DNA of 32,000 bases from Aliivibrio fischeri ES114 (lineage in GTDB: Bacteria > Pseudomonadota > Gammaproteobacteria > Enterobacterales > Vibrionaceae). This document shows, piece by piece, positions 25,699 to 32,000 of the stretch; positions within the stretch are counted from its first letter, which is position 1; every line of letters starts with the position of its first letter. The notes beneath the pieces are model-generated. The model saw only the letters and a program-made list of their open reading frames with translations. It searched no databases and was not told the DNA's origin. The DNA is taken from the NCBI RefSeq assembly GCF_000011805.1, contig NC_006840.2. One strand, written 5' to 3'. A program made the translations under genes and the position numbers.

Positions 25699-27840
25699 TT
25701 AGTTAAAAAGTCCTTTAAGTAATTTATTTGCTGCATCTTTTACTTTTTCATCTTTAATCTTATCGCCATATTTTTCTTCTAGCTTCTCAATACCACGATC
25801 AATTTCTTTTTGTGCTTTTTGTTTCATCACATCATCGAATTCAAGTTTATATTTAGGGTTTGTCCAAGATCCCGTTACTCGAATTGGAATCGTCACATCT
25901 TTTAGATCGTCAATATCCTTACCGCCCTGTCCCTTTAATGTGCCCACAATAGACGTTTTAATCAGCATGTTTGCTGTTTCATTCACATAATGTGCAGAAC
26001 CTTCACCATGAATACGAAGCAGAGGAGAAACCATCTTAATATTTTTAGTTGTTGCATTACCGTTTGCTAGATAAAAGTCTGCAGTAAGGGCACTGAAATC
26101 TGTTTTTTCAGCTTCTTCGCTTCCTTTAACTTTTTCACCTTTAATCTTTGCATAAGTAGTACGGATTAATAACGGAATGTTAATACCATTTACAGCACCA
26201 TCAGCAAAGTTAATCGAAACTTTCCCTTTAAGATTCTGCTTAAGTGCCGTTGGTTTTAAACTTTTCCCTGATGCATTAATCGCTATATTACCTGTACCTT
26301 CTACAAGACTTTCACCCATAACATCCGTTAATAAAGGCGCAACTTTTACTCCTTTAATCGTCTGTTTAACGCTATAAGTCGGTACTGATTTTCGAGCATC
26401 AAGTGTTGCAGTCATATCAATTCCACCACTGTATAAATCAGAATGAAATTTCGTTAATTTCAGTACTCCACGATTAACAGAGAACACAGACGTCACATTC
26501 TGCATTTTTGCGTTATTAGCTTTAAATTTATCAATAATGATTGAACCCGCAACATCTAACGTTTTCAATGCACTTAAGTCAGGTTCCACTTCTTTTACTG
26601 GTGTAGATGACGCTTTTGTTGATGTCGTTGAATCTACTGTTTTAGATGACTCATCTTTTGGTAACGTAGCTAGTAAAGCATCAACATCAATACTTGGGCT
26701 ACGTAGATCAAAGCGAACTTTAGGAATATCATTTAATTGAACGCTTAGCTTACCAGTAAAATCGGTATCGACCGCTGATAAAGCAAGCTTGTCTATCTTC
26801 AAGAACGATTTGTTTAGAGCAAAGGAACTATTAAATCCAATAACAGCAGTCACATCTTCATTTGGAATGCCTTTTCCCTTCACATTATTAGTACTTGTGA
26901 ATTCCTTGATTTTAATTAGGTCTAACGCTTTTGGTACATAAAGAGCAAATGTTGAATTCGAATTAACCTCTAAATTATTTGCTTTACCTTTTACTTTTAA
27001 AACTAAATTAGCCCATTTATCAAAAGAAAATTGATCAATTGTAAAGGTAATATCATTAAATTTATTTACGGCATCAGCATACGATGCATTAAATTCAACA
27101 TTCTTAAATGAAGCATCATCTAGCGTTTCAGCTATATTAAGCTCTGTTTTCCCTTTTAGTGCGACTTTTTGCTTACCTAAGTCCCCTTTTAAATCAAAAT
27201 TTAATTTGGCCCACTGCCCTGGAATGAACTGTGAAAGGGATAAATTCATATCACTAAAGTGAATTTTTGAACCTGCTTTATCATCTTGGATAAGCACTTC
27301 AGCATTAGTTAAAGCAATACCTTGTAAAGAGACTTTCCAACCATTGAACTCTGTACTTGTTGCTGATGATGCTTCTGGATTAACGTCAGTCTCTTCTGCT
27401 GGAGCCGTTGGATTATTATTTTCTACTGTTGATGTTTCTTTTTTAGCGACAAGACCATCTAAATTAGTAACTCCATTTTTTAATGTGTGTAACGTAAATG
27501 AAGCACCATCTAACGTGATAAGACCAATACTGACTTCCTGTTGAAATAACGGACGTACATTAAGATCAAGTATTGCATTATCAAATGACACTAAATTAGG
27601 CTCAACAAACCCTTCAGGGTTACTTAATGCCATTTTTCCGATCGAAAAGCCTATTGATGGAAAAAAGCGCCATTCAATATCACCATCTATCGTTAATTGA
27701 CGACCAGTTTGAGCTTCAACTTGCTCTGTGATTAACGGTTTAAATTCATTAGGGTTAACAAGTAACACTAATACCAATACAGCACCGATTACTGCAATAA
27801 ACGGTATACTAATTAATAGGGCTATTTTCTTCACGGCCAA
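25699..27840 (-). CDS. asmA: AsmA-family outer-membrane assembly protein, about 711-713 aa
   Basis: (M)AVKKIALLISIPFIAVIGAVLVLVLLVNPNEFKPLITEQVEAQTGRQLTIDGDIEWRFFPSIGF parallels E. coli AsmA (MRRFLTTLMILLVVLVAGLSALVLLVNPNDFRDYM...). The rest is a long beta-rich repetitive body. The start is either TTG 27840 or, more likely, GTG 27834 (MKKIALL...). Confidence 0.88.
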   Translation of the reverse strand: MAVKKIALLISIPFIAVIGAVLVLVLLVNPNEFKPLITEQVEAQTGRQLTIDGDIEWRFFPSIGFSIGKMALSNPEGFVEPNLVSFDNAILDLNVRPLFQQEVSIGLITLDGASFTLHTLKNGVTNLDGLVAKKETSTVENNNPTAPAEETDVNPEASSATSTEFNGWKVSLQGIALTNAEVLIQDDKAGSKIHFSDMNLSLSQFIPGQWAKLNFDLKGDLGKQKVALKGKTELNIAETLDDASFKNVEFNASYADAVNKFNDITFTIDQFSFDKWANLVLKVKGKANNLEVNSNSTFALYVPKALDLIKIKEFTSTNNVKGKGIPNEDVTAVIGFNSSFALNKSFLKIDKLALSAVDTDFTGKLSVQLNDIPKVRFDLRSPSIDVDALLATLPKDESSKTVDSTTSTKASSTPVKEVEPDLSALKTLDVAGSIIIDKFKANNAKMQNVTSVFSVNRGVLKLTKFHSDLYSGGIDMTATLDARKSVPTYSVKQTIKGVKVAPLLTDVMGESLVEGTGNIAINASGKSLKPTALKQNLKGKVSINFADGAVNGINIPLLIRTTYAKIKGEKVKGSEEAEKTDFSALTADFYLANGNATTKNIKMVSPLLRIHGEGSAHYVNETANMLIKTSIVGTLKGQGGKDIDDLKDVTIPIRVTGSWTNPKYKLEFDDVMKQKAQKEIDRGIEKLEEKYGDKIKDEKVKDAANKLLKGLFN

Positions 27841-27962
27841 AATCCATCTAATTGTTCTTAAATAGTAACGATAGTGTTAAGTATGCCATCAGTTAAGCAT
27901 AATAAACATGAGCTTATCGATAGTTATATATTGGAGTATAGCGAAATTATACGATATGAGAC

Positions 27963-27990
27963 AAAAAAAAGGCCGACATAATTGTCGGCC
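27963..27990 (-). terminator. Rho-independent terminator of udk
   Basis: Minus strand: ggccgaca-atta-tgtcggcc followed by T8 (plus strand A8 at 27963-27970). Confidence 0.9.
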
Positions 27991-28008
27991 CTTTTAAAGA
28001 TAAATTTC

Positions 28009-28656
28009 TTACGCTTTTAATAAGCGTGAGATATGTGCTTTTAGTACATCAATCGCAATGCGGTTTTTACCACCACGTGGAACGATAATGTCAGCGTGCT
28101 GTTTTGATGGGTCAATAAATTGCATGAACATTGGACGTACTGTTTTTTGGTATTGCTCAAAAACAGATTCCATTGTACGGCCACGCTCTTCTACATCACG
28201 TCGAGCACGACGTAATAGGCAGATATCTAAAGGAGTATCCATAAATACACTTGCATGCATTAAATTACGTAAACGTGGATCTGTTAGTAATAAAATACCT
28301 TCAAGAATAATTACTTTCTTTGGAGTCATTACATCAACTTCAGAAGTACGAGTATGCTCTGTATAACTGTAAGTTGGAATATTAACCGCTTCACCACGCA
28401 TAAGTTGCTCTAAATGTTCACAAAGCAATTCATGATCCAATGCATTTGGGTGATCGTAATTTGTTTTGACTCTTTCTTCCATGGTCAGGTGGCTTTGGTC
28501 CTTGTAGTAACTGTCTTCAGTTATTACACCAATCTGATGATCGCCAACTTTTGCTCGTAGTTCATTATAAATTGTTGAAGCAATCAAGCTTTTACCTGAA
28601 GCTGATGCGCCTGCAATACCTACGATAATACAGTGATGATTACTGTTCTCTGACAT
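28009..28656 (-). CDS. udk: Uridine/cytidine kinase, 215 aa
   Basis: ...[24 protein letters not shown]...KTNYDHP...[12 protein letters not shown]...[39 protein letters not shown] is near-identical to remembered E. coli Udk. Confidence 0.97.
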   Translation of the reverse strand: MSENSNHHCIIVGIAGASASGKSLIASTIYNELRAKVGDHQIGVITEDSYYKDQSHLTMEERVKTNYDHPNALDHELLCEHLEQLMRGEAVNIPTYSYTEHTRTSEVDVMTPKKVIILEGILLLTDPRLRNLMHASVFMDTPLDICLLRRARRDVEERGRTMESVFEQYQKTVRPMFMQFIDPSKQHADIIVPRGGKNRIAIDVLKAHISRLLKA

Positions 28657-28760
28657 AAAAGATACCTAAAAGTGTGCGATATACGGATATTTAATAAAAC
28701 CGCCTGATTATAGGGATTACTAGTGATACTTTCCAGCTCAAATTTCACTTAAGTGTGATC

Positions 28761-29858
28761 CTACAATGACTTGAACATTATTTGGTCAGGAATCACCTCT
28801 CCTTGCCAGTATAGTCGACTTGATACTTGTTCTGCCAAGTTAATATACAATTTACTGTGAGGACTTGTTGAATTAATAGCCACGCTAGGCGTCCCAGAAT
28901 CCGTTTCACTTCGTATATCGATATGTAATGGTAATTGAGATAATAATGGGATCGAGTAACGTTGAGCCATAGTTAATGCGCCACCAGTTCCAAAAATCGC
29001 TTCTTGATGTCCACAATTAGAGCAAATATGAATACTCATGTTTTCGACCACACCAATCACAGGCACATCTACTTTCGTAAACATATTCACACCTTTAATC
29101 GCATCAGTTAATGCTAGATCTTGTGGTGTCGTAACAATTACAGCTCCTGTCGTCGGCACTTGTTGAGACAATGTAAGTTGAATATCACCAGTACCTGGTG
29201 GCATATCAATAATAAGATAATCCAAATCTGGCCACCATGTTTCATTAAGAAGCTGAGATAAAGCTTTAGATGCCATAGGGCCACGCCACACTGCCGCTTC
29301 GCCTTTTTCGACTAAGTAACCAATTGAATTACTGTATAGCCCATGAGCCTCGATTGGCATCATTCTATTATTATCAACAATCGCTGGTTTCTTATCTTCA
29401 ACACCTAGCATCAAAGGTACAGAAGGACCGTATATATCTGCATCCAATATACCAACACGTGCACCTAAATGGTGTAGAGCTAATGCTAAATTCACAGCTG
29501 TAGTTGATTTACCGACTCCACCTTTACCTGAACTCACCGCAATGATATTTTTTACGCCTTTAACTGCTGGCTGATTTGTTTTTAAAGACGAGGTTTTAGA
29601 TGAGACGAATACAGAGAGATCGGGCAACGCCAACTCAAGTTTTTGTCCTTCTAACCAGTGGTTAAAATCAGTTTGTAGGCTCTTTGATACAAAAGGAAAA
29701 ACAACATTAATATTTCCTGTAGCTTCAATCGATACCACATTTGAAATATCAGCCCAACCTTCACAAAGTTGCGAATGCGTAAACGTATTTAACCAATTTT
29801 TAATCTCTACCATCGTTTGAAATGCCATCTTCAATGCTCCACGGTTATTTTTACTCAT
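28761..29858 (-). CDS. apbC: Iron-sulfur cluster carrier ATPase ApbC/Mrp, 355-365 aa
   Basis: ...VKNIIAVSSGKGGVGKSTTAVNLALAL...ILDADIYGPS...VWRGPMASKAL...DYLIIDMPPGTGD...HICSNCGH... matches E. coli Mrp/ApbC. It is divergent from metG as in E. coli. The second ATG (29828, MAFQTMVEI) has a better GGAG SD than ATG 29858. Confidence 0.94.
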   Translation of the reverse strand: MSKNNRGALKMAFQTMVEIKNWLNTFTHSQLCEGWADISNVVSIEATGNINVVFPFVSKSLQTDFNHWLEGQKLELALPDLSVFVSSKTSSLKTNQPAVKGVKNIIAVSSGKGGVGKSTTAVNLALALHHLGARVGILDADIYGPSVPLMLGVEDKKPAIVDNNRMMPIEAHGLYSNSIGYLVEKGEAAVWRGPMASKALSQLLNETWWPDLDYLIIDMPPGTGDIQLTLSQQVPTTGAVIVTTPQDLALTDAIKGVNMFTKVDVPVIGVVENMSIHICSNCGHQEAIFGTGGALTMAQRYSIPLLSQLPLHIDIRSETDSGTPSVAINSTSPHSKLYINLAEQVSSRLYWQGEVIPDQIMFKSL

Positions 29859-29960
29859 CCTATCACTAATTGAACCCTTGATCCTCTATGCTTTCTAACT
29901 TGGTTCAGGTACTATTTATCTCTTAAATTTTCACCCATCACATTAAGCGAAAGAGAAGAT

Positions 29961-32000
29961 ATGGCTACAGATCCAAGAAAAATTCTGGTTACATGTGCCC
30001 TACCGTATGCAAACGGTTCAATCCACTTAGGCCACATGCTTGAGCATATCCAAGCGGATATCTGGGTTCGTTACCAACGTTTACGCGGCAACGACGTTAA
30101 CTTTATTTGTGCAGATGATGCTCACGGCACACCAATCATGCTTAAAGCTCAACAGATGGGTATTTCTCCAGAAGAAATGATCGCAGCCGTTAGCGAAGAG
30201 CACCAAAAAGATTTCGCTGGCTTTGATATCAGCTTTGATAACTATCACAGCACGCACAGTGATGAAAACCGCGAATTAGCTTCTCACATCTACCTTGAGC
30301 TAAAGAAAAACGGCTTTATTACAAGTCGCACAATTTCTCAGCTGTTCGATCCAGAAAAAGAGATGTTCTTACCTGATCGTTTCGTAAAAGGTACTTGTCC
30401 TAAATGTAAAGCAGAAGACCAATACGGTGATAACTGCGACAACTGTGGCGAAACATACAGCCCAACAGATTTAATTAATCCAAAATCAGCCGTTTCTGGT
30501 GCGACTCCAGTAATGAAAGATTCTGAGCATTTCTTCTTTGACCTGCCTCAGTTTGAAAGCATGCTTAAAGAGTGGACTCGTTCTGGTTCTCTACAATCAG
30601 AAACAGCAAACAAGATGCAAGAGTGGTTTGAATCAGGCCTACAACAATGGGATATCTCTCGTGATGCACCATACTTTGGCTTTGAGATCCCAGGCGAAAC
30701 GAATAAATTCTTCTACGTTTGGTTAGATGCTCCGATTGGTTATATGGGCTCATTCAAAAACCTATGTAATAAGCGTGACGATTTAAACTTTGATGAATAC
30801 TGGAAGAAAGACAGTACAACAGAGCTTTATCACTTCATTGGTAAAGACATTGTTTACTTCCACAGTCTATTCTGGCCTGCAATGCTTGATGGCGCAGGTT
30901 TCCGTAAACCAAACAACGTATTCGTTCACGGTTATGTAACGGTTAACGGTGCGAAAATGTCTAAATCTAAAGGCACTTTCATTAAAGCTGGTACTTACTT
31001 AAATCACTTAGATCCTGAGTGTCTACGTTACTACTATGCAGCGAAACTAAACAGCCGTATTGATGATCTTGATTTAAACCTTGAAGATTTCACTCAACGT
31101 GTAAACTCTGATGTAGTTAACAAGATTGTTAACCTAGCTTCACGTAACGCTGGTTTCATTACTAAACGCTTTGATGGCAAACTTGCAGATAACTTTGTAG
31201 AGCCTGAGCTTTACAATGAATTTATTGCGGCTGCAGATCGTATTGCTGAGCTATATGAAACGCGTGAATTTGGTCGTGCTATCCGTGAAATCACAGCACT
31301 AGCTGATAAAGCAAACCAATACATTGATGAGAAAGCACCTTGGGTTCTTGCAAAAGAAGAAGGGAAAGAACAAGAACTACAAGAAGTGTCTTCTGTAGGT
31401 ATTAACTTGTTCCGTGTATTAATGGCTTACTTAAAACCTGTAATGCCAGAGCTTGCAGCTCGTACTGAAGCGTTCTTAAATGAAACACTAACGTGGGAAG
31501 GCGTCGCACAGCCACTAGTTGCTCATGAGATCACTAAGTTTAAAGCATTATTCGCACGTATTGATCCTAAGAAAGTTGAAGCTATGATTGAAGAGTCTAA
31601 AGAAGACGCAGCAATCGAAATGGCAGCAAAAGAAAAGGCAGAAGCGGAAAAAGAAAAAGCAAGTCAAACTGAGCTAGATAAAGATCCAATCGCAGATGAG
31701 ATTGAGTTCGATGCATTCGAAGCGGTTGATATGCGTATTGCTCGTATTATCTCTTGTGAGGAAGTACCAAAGGCAAACAAACTGCTTAAATTCCAACTAG
31801 ACATCGGTGGCGAAACTCGTCAAGTATTCTCTGGTATTAAATCAGCATATAAACCTGAAGAGCTAGAAGGCAAGCTAACTGTTATGGTTGCTAACCTAAA
31901 ACCTCGTAAAATGAAATTTGGTATGTCTGAAGGTATGATCCTAGCTGCAGGCCCTGGTGGTAAAGAGCTTTGGATTTTAGAACCACACGAAGGCGCTCAA
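29961..32000 (+). CDS. metG: Methionine--tRNA ligase, 680 codons (3' end beyond right window edge)
   Basis: Not in the ORF track (no stop inside the window). My translation from ATG 29961 gives [60 protein letters not shown]..., the Zn knuckles CPKC...CDNCG, KMSKSKG, and the C-terminal tRNA-binding domain ...[26 protein letters not shown]. The frame is open to position 32000. Confidence 0.97.
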   Translation, partial: MATDPRKILVTCALPYANGSIHLGHMLEHIQADIWVRYQRLRGNDVNFICADDAHGTPIMLKAQQMGISPEEMIAAVSEEHQKDFAGFDISFDNYHSTHSDENRELASHIYLELKKNGFITSRTISQLFDPEKEMFLPDRFVKGTCPKCKAEDQYGDNCDNCGETYSPTDLINPKSAVSGATPVMKDSEHFFFDLPQFESMLKEWTRSGSLQSETANKMQEWFESGLQQWDISRDAPYFGFEIPGETNKFFYVWLDAPIGYMGSFKNLCNKRDDLNFDEYWKKDSTTELYHFIGKDIVYFHSLFWPAMLDGAGFRKPNNVFVHGYVTVNGAKMSKSKGTFIKAGTYLNHLDPECLRYYYAAKLNSRIDDLDLNLEDFTQRVNSDVVNKIVNLASRNAGFITKRFDGKLADNFVEPELYNEFIAAADRIAELYETREFGRAIREITALADKANQYIDEKAPWVLAKEEGKEQELQEVSSVGINLFRVLMAYLKPVMPELAARTEAFLNETLTWEGVAQPLVAHEITKFKALFARIDPKKVEAMIEESKEDAAIEMAAKEKAEAEKEKASQTELDKDPIADEIEFDAFEAVDMRIARIISCEEVPKANKLLKFQLDIGGETRQVFSGIKSAYKPEELEGKLTVMVANLKPRKMKFGMSEGMILAAGPGGKELWILEPHEGAQ

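Noticed and set aside
27841-28008. Absence of dcd between udk and asmA (E. coli order is udk-dcd-asmA)
   Set aside because: The 168-nt gap contains only a strong udk terminator, with no gene remnant in any frame. This is most simply a lineage-specific difference in gene order and not evidence of a deletion or insertion event.
30538-30753. 62-aa ORFs on both strands inside metG
   Set aside because: They are out of frame or antisense within a continuous 680-codon MetRS reading frame that I translated end to end.
1-32000. Search for mobile elements, CRISPR arrays, tRNA/rRNA genes and defence-island hallmarks
   Set aside because: I found no transposase/integrase-like ORFs, no long terminal inverted repeats, no regularly spaced direct repeats other than the 35-nt heptamer array, and no tRNA-like T-arm/acceptor patterns. 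Gene order is conserved core synteny, so I do not claim any such element.

Overview
AT-rich (about 40% GC by eye) gamma-proteobacterial chromosome segment. Protein sequences and gene order look Vibrionaceae (Aliivibrio/Vibrio/Photobacterium-like). That is an inference from homologue sequences I recall; no database search was possible. Most of the window is conserved housekeeping synteny matching E. coli. In order: tyrS (partial); a small accessory block (signal-peptide-bearing RelA/SpoT-fold protein, 29-aa hydrophobic mini-ORF, small beta-barrel OMP, NSS transporter plus an unlisted 31-aa MetS-type subunit, Cys-type GST); then ptsG-ycfH-holB-tmk-mltG-pabC-fabF-acpP-fabG-fabD-fabH-plsX-rpmF-yceD, all on the minus strand; then yceF, rluC, rne with its structured leader, a SulP permease, btuR/cobO, asmA, udk, apbC and metG (partial). 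I saw no tRNA/rRNA, CRISPR array, IS/transposase, integrase or phage genes. I cannot point to a convincing new multi-gene system here. The observations most worth a second look are: (1) four frame-breaking single-nt indels, all in the first 8-67 codons of holB (two), mltG and fabD, within one 6-kb co-directional stretch. The fabD lesion sits on a CCC-AGG motif where a +1 tRNA-Pro slip would regenerate the canonical FabD N-terminus. (2) A RelA/SpoT (small alarmone synthetase-like) fold protein carrying a textbook Sec signal peptide. (3) Two small ORFs below the ORF-track cutoff: a MetS-like transporter subunit and a hydrophobic 29-mer with a strong SD. (4) A (TAGAAAC)x5 heptamer array starting on a stop codon. 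(5) A perfect 16-bp LacI-type palindrome far upstream of ptsG. Functional calls rest on my own translation and remembered homologue sequences. Hairpins and repeats were read directly from the sequence.
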